Source: Antedon mediterranea (Eukaryota > Animalia > Echinodermata). Taken from it: 64,000 nt of DNA. Shown here piece by piece: positions 1 to 12,590 of this stretch; within the stretch, counting starts at the first letter, position 1, and every line of letters begins with the position of its first letter. The position numbers and the translations under genes are program-made. The stretch is from NCBI RefSeq assembly GCF_964355755.1, contig NC_092670.1, forward strand, positions 25,034,795 to 25,098,794, read 5' to 3'. The notes under the pieces were generated by a model, which searched no databases, had not been told where the DNA came from, and saw nothing but the letters and a program-made list of their open reading frames with translations.

Positions 1-389
1 AAGGTATTTGTACACAATGGGATTTTGCAATGTCTTGGTTTATTTTAATGGGAAACAATATTACCATTATAGAATAATTATTACCATTTCTCTCTTCCTC
101 TCTCTCTTCATTGTTCCACATAAAGTAAGACAAAAAATAAAAGATCAAGAAAAAACCTGGTTAAGTCTTTGTTTATGGGTGGAATCTCAATTAAGCCAAG
201 TTTCCAAAAGACATTACATAAAAAAAAAAAGAAAAGCCAATCAGATTTTAGTTGAATATCAATAGAATAGAAATTTCCTTTAATAGTAAGTGTTGCTTTC
301 TGAAAAGGGCTAGCTACTCGTCATTTTGGCCCTGGTATAATTTTAAAATTCCTGTTCGTATTATGTTAAATAGTTGTTTTCTTCCGTAG

Positions 390-3300
390 AATGCTATTGT
401 TCATTGCTTAGAGATGGGGTTGAAGTTGAAGTGTGCGCAACAGTGTGTAGATGGTCTTACAATATGCACCCTTGAAATACAAGACCTAATGCTAAGAGTA
501 TTACCAGGAATACTGCAACGTTTATCAACACTGTCAGCAACGAAACCTATGGCTATACCAGTACTGGAGTTTCTCTATGGTACGTAGGTCAAGAGGTCAC
601 TTGGTTATCTCCTACGTTCAAATTTATTTTTTTTTGTTTCACAATACAGCAGTCTTGCTTATAATAAAATGTTAATATGTATAGGCTTGTATACTTGAAT
701 GTATGAGTTAAATAGTGAGAATATTTTCATGAGTTGTATGAGAGGGAGTGAGTGGCCGAGTGGTTAAGACAGTGGAACCATAATTACGTAGTCATTAACA
801 TTGGCAAGGGTTCAAGGCTCACACGCTCCATGGTTCTGGTGGTAAAACAAGTCTTCTTGGATAAGGACTATAAACTGTAGGTCCAGTGTACACATCTAGC
901 TCATGTTCACTTTAAAGAACATAGTACATCTTTCTAGACGATTAAGGGGTTACCCTGGTGTACTAGTACACAGCCACTGTCACACACAGCCACTGTTCAA
1001 TTGGGAGTAGACCATTTTAAAGGTGTTTACCACCTGTTGGTCCCATCCTTCACTAAATATTCACCTTAGTGGAAAATGTCTGTTCTATACAATATGGTGA
1101 AGACAGTCAAGCTTAGTTTCTCTTCCAAGGAATACAAAACAAACCTGATCCTTATTGTGCTATTAAATTTAATAGGTATTATTTGGTCACCATATCTGTA
1201 CAAGAATTTTGTTGAGGAACAATACATGGCTATATTTGCTATTGCCTTGCACTACACAAATCCACGCAAGTAAGTTTTAAATTCACATTTTAAAATATAA
1301 ATAATAGATTAAATATTAATATTTAAAAATAGATAAATAGTAAATCTGTATATTAAAGAGTTATTTTGTCGTTTTGTCTAAAATTTTAAATGCTTAAATA
1401 ATTTATTTATTTTTAGGTTTAGTGTATATGTTGTTTCGTTGGCTCATCATGTTATTAGCATGTGGTTCATCAAATGCCGCTTGCCATTCAGAAGAGAGTT
1501 TGTAAGATTCATTACAAAGGTAAATATACACATATGTTTTTTTTCCTTGTCTTGTCCCATTTTATTGCATCGCATCATTTCAACATAGACAAAAAGACAA
1601 TTTGTTATGCTAAACCATTTCTCTTATTCATAAAGTTTATTTGAAATCACATCATCACTTTGTTTATTTTCAGGGTTTGCAAGCCAATGCAGCAGCAAGT
1701 GAAGATAGGAATCGATTTCAACTAAGAAGAAGTAGTAGCCTCAATGAAAAAGAAAAGTATATATACATATTATATAATAAAGCTTGGTTCCCACACAATG
1801 AAAAAAAAAGAAGTGTGATGTGCCTAAATATGGTTGTGATATGGCAAAATAGGTTGTGATATGACATAATCATGTCCATATATGGGGACATCACAATTTT
1901 TTGTCACATAAAGTTTGATAGTGTAGACAGAGCTTACTCAACACAAGTAATTTAACCGATCACAAATGAAGGTTGTTCTAAATTGTTTATGATTTGTCAA
2001 ATTGTGTATGCGTACTCCTAGTCTTGATTTACTGATATACAATACAAAACATATTTAATCTAAAGACAACATAAACATCCCTGGAAATAAAATATCTCTT
2101 TTCATATGCACAAACTATTTCACAGACATTAGGGTCAAACTTTATGGGACAAAATAATGGGATGTGTCCATATATGGACACGATGACGTCATATTACTAC
2201 CATATTTGGGCACATCACACTCTCTTTGTCAAACTATAGTTTGATAGTGTAGAGCTTTAGCATTATGCAAATGTGAGTATAACTATTTTTACATTAATCA
2301 CTTTTTCACATTTTTAAAATATTATTTCAGGGGTCACTTTGTTCTGAAAGGAAGCAAAAAAGAGAATGTTACAGAGGAACCTGTGTCGTGCCCTAATGAT
2401 GACATTCTAGAAGAATTGAACTCACTTCTTACAGAAACTTGCATGGATATGATGGCTAGGTTTACCTTCTCATCTTGTACAACTCAACCAAAAAGGTGGA
2501 AAAAAACAATTATAAATAGTTGTTTCTGTTTTTTTCTAAGCTATAGTTACTACGCTATCAATGGCGAATCTAGGATTTTGAAATGGCTTATGAATGATCT
2601 CTTATCTAAAATTATCTAATGTATTTTCCCCCAAAAACCTGAAAAAAATTAAGATTAATATTTTGCATTTTTAATAAAGTTATTAAAGAAATGTTAATTT
2701 TAACCAAAAACCATTGTCTGATTTAAGTATTGTTTGGTTTAAATTACATTAATTTTCAAGTTGATCCAGTTTTTGGTCAAAGTGAATAAATATTATGTGA
2801 CATTAAAATGGCATATTCAACAAAAGATTTGAAAAAACCAATTTTTTTTATATTAGTGAAATACTTACATTTGATTGATCAATAGTTACCAGTTAAATAA
2901 ATAGTATTTTCAATATCTTTTTATCAATTATTTTTATAATTGTTTTCCTTTTTATTCATTTAATTTGTTAGTACTTTAAGTTAAAAGCGCTCTATATATT
3001 ATTATTATTTATTTTATCAGACTGCCAGTTGAAGAATTTTTGTTTTCTGGAGGTCAGACTCGAAGCTGGTTAGTAGGGAACAAAGTTATTACGATCACAA
3101 CTAGTGGTGGAAGCTCTAGGATGGCTAGGAATGGTGGGGTGTGTGAGAAATGTTACGGGTTATTCCAGCAGCATGAGGCTACACAAGATGATGATACATT
3201 TTCTGCAAAGATGGTAGACACAATGAGTGGTTTCAGACTGACGCAGTTGGGTGGAGAACTGAAATCAGAAAGTAGTGATATATTGAATGTGTCCATACAG

Positions 3301-6300
3301 TCTACTGGTGACTCTGATGCAAGTAACAACCAGAAAGTAGATACAAGTTTACCAGCGGCTACGTCTGTTGATAAAGTGAATAAAAAAACAACAGGAAGCC
3401 AGTCTGAGTCTTCACTGATGGTGCCCTCTACTTCCTCCGCAAGAAGTAGATATACTTTACGGAAATCTTCAAGTGATTCCGGCCATGGTAATGCAAATGC
3501 TTATACAGCAGCGTTTACCTCCCCGCGATCTGTGCTAAAATATAACTGCACATGTTGGTGTCAGGGCTGGGCTGAGATATACATCCGTCGGCCTACTGGT
3601 AATGTAGCATGGACTATGAGAATTCAAAATCGCGGCAAACTTGTGCCGTTTGAAGCTGAACTACCGATGAGGGATATTTCAACGCTTTTACTTGCCAATT
3701 TGAAACTGAAGTCTAGTGGTTGGAAAAGCTCTGATACTTCAAAAAATGAAGGGGATGAAGATGAGAGTTTAAATGCCACGACACAAACAGGCAAGTCAAT
3801 ACAACTTTTGTGTTATTTTTATAGTGTTTGTTCATCAAGTAGTGTATTATTTAGTTATAGAAATTGATCTACAGTATTTATACATTTTTTTTCAAATTAG
3901 ATTTTTTTTTTTTTTTATATTAATATTTGCTATGATTGTTTGGTTAATCAACCCAATATTATGATATTGTCATAATAATGTTATTATTTTTTGCTATTGC
4001 ATTTAACATTTATTGTTGCTTTTGCATGCTAAGTAGTTTTTTAAAAATCTTTAAAGACGCGAGTCTTTCCAAAATACGTCAACTTGAGGGCGCTATTCAT
4101 TTTCCAAAATACGTCAAATTGAGGGCGCTATTCATTTCCAAAATATGCGATTTGTCCAAAATACGTCAATTTGCAATTTGGGACCGCTAGTAATTTTCCA
4201 AAATACGTCAACTTGAGGGCGGCAAACTTTTTTCCAAAATATGAGAGCCTTTCCAAATGTATCATATTGAAAGTGTAAGGTAAAATTACAGTTTAATGTA
4301 TTAAAAAAAAGTTTCTTAGAGTAAAACAAACAAGTACATTTTAGTTATAAATGAAAGTATTGGAAGGCAGAATTTTTTGTAAATAAAATGTCATAGAGTA
4401 GCCAATTATTATTTTTCAATGTAATCATTTATTACTGAATAAAAACAAATATGTGCCAACATCAGTCAATAGACAGTGCCTATAATATACATTAATAATG
4501 TCTGAACGATGTACGATTGCATTGCCAGACGTAGCTAGTTTAAATGAGGCATAAACCGGCTACAAAAGCAGCATGTACGTATATAGTATGTAAGTATAGT
4601 CATAGGTATGTGTTAAATATTTGGTGATCTACAAAATCGATATTTTTCCCGAGCTCGACAGACCAACATCGCTTTCAATTTAATGTACAGTACTTATGGT
4701 CTAATATAAGTTACCTAATCTGAAGTCTAACAAAAAGCATATGGTATTGTAATTACAATAGTATCAATAATTGGTTAGAAGAAGTAAAGTAATTATTTAA
4801 ATCGCGTATTTTGGAAAATGAATTGCGCTCTCAAGTTGACGTATTTTGGAAAATTACAAGCGGTTCCAAATTGACGTATTTTGGACAAATCACGTATTTT
4901 GGAAAATGACTAGCGCCCTCAACTTGACGTATTTTGGACAATTCGCATATTTTGAAAAATGAATAGCGCCCTCAAGTCAACGTATTTTGGAAAGACTCGC
5001 GTATATTGGATTAGTATAGCGCCCTCAACTTTACGTATTTTGGAAAAAATTCTGCGTATTTTGGACTGAATTTCACCAACCTTATTGCAAAAATATGGAA
5101 AATGACTTTGAATAGGCCATTTTGCAGTTTAAATAAAGTTTATCACTTCTATAGAAAAAAAAACTAAATAAATCATTTTTACACCGATAAAAAGACAAAA
5201 TAAATAATTAAATTCAGCCGAAACCCATTGACTTCCTTCCAGTCAATTTAACTACTTTTTGTTTTAAATAAAGTACAGTTTTTTCAGGTAAATAATTGTT
5301 GTTATCCAATTTTTAGTATAATTGGCATAATCAACAATTTAAATAATTATTTCTTCGCTGTTGACAATATATCTTTAAGTAACATACATAACACACAAAT
5401 TCCTACTATTAAACACAACCATAATTTAACTAAAATAAAAAAATCTATCCCCAAACCAATCCAGTAAGTGTTGTCTGCTTTTGGGATACTACATTATGTA
5501 AGTAATGCATGGTGTTGTGTTGTTTATATTTATATTTATTTCTGTTAACTAGATAAGAATGTACCAATACCCAGTATTTCTGAAACAGATCAACCTTCAG
5601 ATGACAATCAACCAATTGTTAAAATTCTTGCTCCTTCTGTGACAATCGATCCTCCACAATTGCAACATGAATTCTTGGATGGTTAGCATTTAAATTATAT
5701 TTCTGAAATATAGTCTGTACCTTTTAAATAAATGTAATTAAATTGATGTTTTCAATTGATAATTTCCAGAATACATTCCTTCAAATTACTGATAAGTTGA
5801 AATGTTAATTTCACTTACAACATAAACACTACTTATAGCATGTTAAATTCATTCTGCGCATGCAGAGAAATTGGGATGTGTGTCTTCGATCCCCACCTAG
5901 ACACTGTTTTTATGGTTTCTGGTCCAGGTGATGACTCATCAATCGATGAATCATCACCTGGACCTAGGTTGGTCTTCACAAATTGAAAGCTCCCTAATAT
6001 TAACATAACATGACAGCTGAATATTTAAATAATCAATTATTATTATTGTATAATATTAATAATTATGATATATTATTTATTGTTTCATCTTTGTATACTA
6101 ACTTTAATATATACATTATACATATTTCTTTTAAATTTATAGCCATTTATATTCAATTTACTAATGAGCTTGAATATTAATTTGCGATAATTTAATAGCA
6201 AAACGAAAAATAATTTGATAATAATTCCTAAAAAGTGATGTCTGGTGTCAGTAAAATCCAAATAAATTAAACTTTTTTGTTCTGAGAAAATAATAATTAA

Positions 6301-9300
6301 TTTAAATTTCTTTGTTAATAAACTATTGTTATTGTAATATATTCAGTGTCATTTGAGGACAAAGGTCAAGAAATGGATTTTGAGAAACCAGAACTTGGCG
6401 TGTCGCCAATTGAACCAGTCATGTCCAAGCTTGATGATCAACTAAATAAAAAACCAAAGGTAATATTGTTGTTGTAGCTGTAGCTTGGCGGTTAACATGC
6501 TTGCCTTCCAATAATAATTTCCAGGGTTCAATCCTGATCTATATGCATCTAAAAATATGTTAAGTTACGTTTAAAAAAGTATAAAAAATAAATAAATTGA
6601 AGGTAACATCTTTAAAATATTGATAAATAATAAAAATGGATATTTCTTGTAATTATTATTTTTACAGTTTACCAAGATGGAATTGTTTTTAAATCTTGTG
6701 CAATCAGACATCCAAAACATCAGTAAATACAATATACACGATTTCTATCCTTTACACAAATCTGATTCCTCACCAGCCATTCTGAGTGAAATAGACAATG
6801 ACCTTGATGAGGTCAACGCATATATGGAAGATGAGGCTCAGCTTGGGTCACTTGATGTCGAATACAAACAACCACACTCTTACAGTAACACATGCATGTT
6901 GGAAGAGTTGTTTGAAAAAGATGATGATAATGGTGGTGAAACAATAGAAAAAGACTCGCATTTTTCGAAAGAATCCATGCCAAAATTAAGCGACAGTAAG
7001 ACTGATTTGGTGGATGTAAACAAAGATGATGGCCAAATTGGTGATGTTACGGAAGATGGCGTTTCCAAGTCGCAACAAATCCCTACACATAGTGATCAGA
7101 CAGTGCAAGTAAATATGAGTCAGTCACCGACAGCTAAGCTGCTATCACAGACTGTGAAAGATTGTGGTCGTTTTACCAGACCTGTAGTGAGAGAAACATC
7201 CTTGCAAAGAGGCATTTACCAGCACCAGCAGTCCCTGGATGACAACTTTGCACCAATGAGAAGGCCTCGAGGACACACAATCTCATCTGGTAATCCACAG
7301 GAGACTGGTTTGGGTTTCAATCAAGAGGCAGATCGATCTAAGCGTACTGGTTCCTTTGTAGGTAGAGAGTCCGACAAACAAGGTTTAAACCCTAGGTAAA
7401 ATTAATGATTTTTTAGTTTTGCAAAAAATGATTCTGTTTTATTATTAAAGTATTTATAACAATTTCAAAAGTGCATGTTAAATGTTTAATGAATTATAAC
7501 ACAATTGTTTTGTTTCTTTTGATAATAGCTTTGTTTTTTTGCAACTCTATCAATCAGCGTTCTTTGGAGATCAGCAAGGCCGACCTTTGACATTACATGC
7601 TGGTCAGGTATGTAATCAGCCCAAAGATCAACTGATCACATTATTTGTGCGTGGCTGTGTCTTAATTTTAACATGGTTTTCGCATCGCAGCTTTAGCCAG
7701 CTATATCCCCAGAGGACTACTCATTCAGAAGCTGACATTTTTGGTATTTTGTAAACTAGGACGGGTTATGCTCAAATTACAAACCCCAAAGCACGTCTGG
7801 GAGAAAAGAGTCTAGGAAAACATTTGCTGATAATACAGTATTATTGAGATGCATGTGCATGACGGTAATCTGTAATATCTTGTTCAATGAATAATGACTC
7901 TATTCCTGTTGTCAACCTAGGCCGCTATTATAGCTATATAGGCTGGTATTTTCAATGACTCCAATTTGACTGTCAATCTCAGCCGATACTATAATACGGT
8001 AATTTGTCGTCAGATAATCATTGAATTTTGATCAAAACAGTCCATAGTAAAGTTTTTGTTTTGTAATACAATTTGTTCACACTTAATGTCCCTTTATACC
8101 CTTTATTGCTTGTTGAAGTGACCCTCAAACTTGACCTTAGCATAAAGTGGTCTAAATTTAATATTATTCAACATCATTTTTATTTAAATTATTTAATAAG
8201 CACATCATCTTTTACAGATTCAGTATTTTTTTAACAAGATTGAAACAAGACATTGCTTTAGACAGTTTTCATAACCATATTAAAGAATTTAAAATAAAAG
8301 AAATTGTAACTAATTTTAGATTAGGTGTTCTTGACCTCGAAATTGAAAAAGGACGGTGGACAAGAACACCCAAAAGATGAAAGAATTTGTAAAGTTTATA
8401 ACAATAATTTAGTTGAAAGCGAGTTTCATTTTTTATTACAATGTTCTTAAAGCCGATTTTCCACTAGGCGAATTTTTCGCGCGAATCGAAAGCGTCATGC
8501 TATGCACATGCGTATTCGCGTTTCTGTCTGTCATACTGCCTTCTTCGACGAATTCTATTTCCTTTGATTTTTCGCTTCAGCGAAATTTACTAGTTCGAAT
8601 TGTTTCTACTTTTTGCGAAGCGAAATATTGCGCAACCAATCAGAGCTCAGGAAATGAGCTATGACGCTTTCATGAGCACTCATGCGAATCGAAATGCTCA
8701 GCAACCACGCGAGGAACATGAACGTCGCAGCTATTCGCTCATGTAGCGGAAAGAGAGTAGGCGATTTTTTTCTCTTCGAAACGTTTGATTCGCGCGAACA
8801 AATTCGCCTAGTGGAAAATCGGCTTTATATAACAATTTAAGAAAACAATTACTTCCATCTTTTTACTTAGTAAAAAAGAAAATATTTATTCAAACCTTGA
8901 ACCATTTACTTTGCATATAAAGAGATAAAGCATTATTTAATTACGCACAAATAAGGTTAAGTTTATTTTATTGTTTATATTTATATTGATGTATTCGGGC
9001 CAATGGCCGATGTATAATAAATTGCCTAGGCAATGCTCTTTTTTTGCTTTAAACTACATTTTTTCAGGTAAATATTTTTTTGAACGTGTATAACTATTAT
9101 ATGACAATAAAATGACGCATTCAAAAACAAATTTGAAAAAAAAATATTTTCAGGGGAACAATAATTATATCTTTAAACTGTTACGTCAACAGGCAATACA
9201 TTTTTTTTGTAAGAAATATTTCTTGTTTAGAGTGTTACTGTATTATTCAAAATGACTATATTTATATAATTATAAATACTGAAACTTTGCGTTCCTTTTT

Positions 9301-12008
9301 TTATAGGTTGTTCAAAGAGCGATTAAGGTTTTGGATCGTATACCACCTTATGACGCTCATAAAATAGGTGTGGTATATGTTGGTCATAATCAGGTACATA
9401 CACCTATTATTTTACATTATTAAGTAAGCTCTGGTTGTTCTAGATGACAATTTGGCCTAATATTCAAAAAAAGAAAGAAAACATGGCATATACCCATACT
9501 TGAACTGGACAAAACTCAAAGCGCCCTCTGGTGACACGTGTAATAGAACACTATCTGTGTAAAAATAAACAAAGCAGAAACTTAGAGCAAGTCTAGGTAT
9601 ACAATATTAGTATAAAGTTGATTTATATGGAGGTTTAAAATATGGATCTGCACTCACTATTTGTATGACAGTGTTATATAGGAATATTTAATTAAATTAA
9701 AGTTTGTTTACATTGTTACTTTAAAATAAATTGTCATTATTAACCACAGGTTGACAATGAAACTGCAATACTATCCAATGTCTATGGGTCACCTAGGTAC
9801 GTTGACTTTCTTCGACGACTTGGAACTCTAATTTCATTGACGGATGTAAATCCAAATGAGGTGTACACGGGTGGTTTAGATCATAGCGGCTCTGACGGAA
9901 AGTTTGCATATAGTTGGCAAGATGACGTTATGCAAGGCAAGTAAAACTTCAGACAATTTTTTTTTTCAATTCCGTTTTGTGAAATATAACTGTATTATTA
10001 TTATTATGGAAACAATACACTTGGAAGTATTTATTTATTATTTATTTGTTCTTTCTTTAAACTGAAATAGACTTTCAATACAAGTGTACGGATTTCCGGA
10101 GTAGTTCAGTAAACACAACATATAACAAAATCAAATATTCAAATTAAAAAGTAAAACAAAAAAAAAGAAATATGACTATTTACAATTGTAAAGGTAAAAA
10201 GGTTAATACATATATGTTTCCTAGAGTGAAGATTTAAAAGTTGCAAGAGACATATTAGGAAGTTCTGATTGTATGTTATTTAATATAGAATTCCATAGTT
10301 TTGTTGATCTATAGACGAAAGTTCTTTTACCTTGAGATTTATTCCATAACAGAATAGATAAATCATTATTAATTTGAGAGCGAGTGCATTTATTATGGTT
10401 ATCTACAGTAAATTGAATAATATTGTTAAATATGTTGGAACGATTCCTTTTATTTTTAAACATTTAAATAACATTATAATAATAATGATATTTTCATTCC
10501 ATTTTTTAGATTTTTGTGATAATGCATTATTATAATGTGTGTATTAACTTCCTATTTTCAGTTATATTTCATGTAGCAACTTTAATGCCAAACAAAGATT
10601 CAGATCCAAATTGCAATGGTAAAAAACTGCACATTGGAAATGACTATGTTACCGTTGTATATAACCACAGTGAAGAGGACTTCAAGCTTGGAACAATAAA
10701 GGTAAATAGCATCTAGTAGATCCAGGCAAGAAATTCACTCTTTGCTGTTAGATTTTAGGTCTTGCACTTTTAAACTTTAAACATAACAATGCCCCAACAG
10801 ATAGCACAGTAGATTAAAATCGGCACAAAATTTTACAATTTTTAGGCCATCTCAGTAGGCTTCAATAGAACTAAGATTTTTGTGAAAGTTTGTAGGGGAA
10901 GAGAAAACACAGATTGTGAGGGCGCCTTATATTCACAATAAGGAGGGGAGCAAAAGACATGATGTCCCTGCTGTGTATCTGCTTCTGGTTTTGCTAGGCA
11001 AGATTACAGATTTTTATAGAAATACTCACTCTTTCATAATAGATGGAAGCATTTAATAGTTTTAGTAATAAATTTAATTTATTTTCACTTTTTCACAGGG
11101 CCAGTTTAATTTTGTTGAAATTATTATTAAACCTCTGGACAATGAGACTAACCTGATCACAGTCCAAGCTAAGCAAGGTAAATCTATCTTTTCTATAAAA
11201 AAAATATTATTATCTGTATTTCAATACCAAATTGCTTTAAAATGTGATTTAAACGGACCAATATATTGATTGACCAATAGAACCTGTCTGATAGCAATCT
11301 TGCTGAACAATTGTGTTTGAACCATTGAGTGACAAGCAGTATAAGTTGTTGTGTTTATGTCATTTGTTTTCAAATTTTAGAATTAAAAGAAATGCTTGGT
11401 TGTAGAGGGCCAAAGATGATATCGGATCGTCGCTTGCCGTTATTGGTACGACAAATGGCACTACACGCTAATGTAAGTTAAGACTAAACTACTTTTAGTA
11501 AACTCATTTTTTTGTTTGTGTTTTTGGCTTATAATTGTGTCCAGGAGAAAACAGTCCAGTAAAATACTAAAGGCTACTTTATCTCCAATAGATAGTTTAT
11601 ATGAACTGTGTAACTATAGATTAAATTATTTACTAATTTATGCACTTAATTCTGGGGTACTTATTTTAACCATATGTTTTAGGCTATCTATTGTTAAGAT
11701 GTGTATCATGTGTCTACTACCTTCAGTATTCAATTTAATTATAAATATTTAAAGTAGTCATAGCCAGTTATAGGACAGGTCATTTAATTAAATCTTGTTT
11801 TTAACAGCTTGCATCCTTGATACACCAGAGTCAAATCCATGGTTCTGTTAGCAAAACATACACGTCAAACTGGTTGGAACGTCTTCGACAAATTCAACGA
11901 ACACGTGACAAAACATTGAAAGAGAGTGTGGGAGACATTTCACCAACACGTCATAGGTCTATTACCAGATCTAATTCTGTCATGGAAGACTTTTCAGATT
12001 ATGTGTAA
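390..12008 (+). CDS. TSC2: Tuberin (TSC2), 3' part; 5' exons lie upstream of the window
   Basis: Phase-consistent exons: 390-579, 1176-1269, 1417-1519, 1674-1756, 2331-2495, 3021-3790, 5553-5681, 6347-6459, 6668-7395, 7529-7607, 9307-9393, 9750-9936, 10562-10701, 11099-11177, 11381-11472, 11808-12008. Translations match tuberin: [44 protein letters not shown], Akt-type sites RRSSSLNE and RPRGHTIS, Rap-GAP domain HKIGVVYV...[10 protein letters not shown] (catalytic Asn), RQMALHAN and C-terminal EDFSDYV*. Exons 5553 and 6347 are supported only by splice signals and phase. Confidence 0.96.
744..1075 (+). mobile_element. tRNA-derived SINE with Deu/Nin-like core
   Basis: A box TGGCCGAGTGG and B box GGTTCAAGGC, followed by a core (ggataaggactataaactgtaggtcc...cactttaaagaac...ggggttaccctggtgt) resembling the Deu/Nin domain. 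A second copy is at 22862-23107. Lies in a TSC2 intron. Confidence 0.8.
1779..1935. mobile_element. Short (~150 bp) MITE-like repeat
   Basis: gtgtgatgtgcc...catgtccatatatgg...aaagtttgatagtgtagac recurs inverted at ~2136-2258 and again at ~61410-61560. Confidence 0.6.
4057..5070. mobile_element. Foldback/MITE-like element with modular terminal inverted repeats
   Basis: acgcgagtctttccaaaatacg (4057) is the reverse complement of cgtattttggaaagactcgcgt (ends 5002). Both arms are built from repeated ccaaaatacgtcaa(c/a)ttgagggcg modules. Located in a TSC2 intron. Confidence 0.75.
8450..8825. mobile_element. MITE
   Basis: TIRs aagccgattttccactaggcgaattt / aaattcgcctagtggaaaatcggctt, with TA on both sides and a CpG-rich interior in an AT-rich intron. 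Confidence 0.85.
10028..10470 (-). mobile_element. LINE 3' fragment
   Basis: ORF 10221-10463 ends [16 protein letters not shown]...FKSSL, a typical CR1/L2-group C-terminus, followed by an (AATA)n tail. Confidence 0.65.
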
Positions 12009-12590
12009 ACACATCAACAATCTAACTTGGTTATTGCACATGCTAAAAAGAATGATGCTGAGTAATGGTTTTTGGATTGGATAGAAGCATTGGTTCGATC
12101 TGTCTGTGCCATATACCTTTAAATTGATTGTATCTTTGGGCAAGATTTAACAAAAAATGTAAAAATTGATGTGTGTTTTTCTGGCTCTCTACAGGCCTAA
12201 TTCAAATGTTCACACTTTCCTGTTAAAAAAGAAGAATTTAAAAAACATTATTATTAAATTTATCTATCAAGAGAAATGCTAATATTAAGCTGTGTTTCAA
12301 ACCAAATGATCTTAAGATTTTCTGTAAAGAAATGTTAAAATGATAAAAAATCATGTAACCATGGTTAATACCTCCATGATGTAACAAACTGATTCAATGG
12401 CACTCCAAGAAAGAACAAGTTGATTAGAAACAATTAAAATGACTGTGATTTAATTATCCTTATTGTTTACAAATTGTCTATCTGTTTACGCCAAACTACT
12501 TTCTAGTTTCTATATACTACTGTAGTTTAAATGCATAAAAATATAACATTTTGAACACTTTAAAGCTAATAGTGTGCAAAAAGTTTTCTG

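Noticed and set aside
744-830. tRNA gene
   Set aside because: A and B boxes are present, but it runs into a SINE body repeated elsewhere and forms no clean cloverleaf.
6470-6545. tRNA-like fragment
   Set aside because: Only degenerate A and B boxes; likely a SINE head relic, too weak to call.
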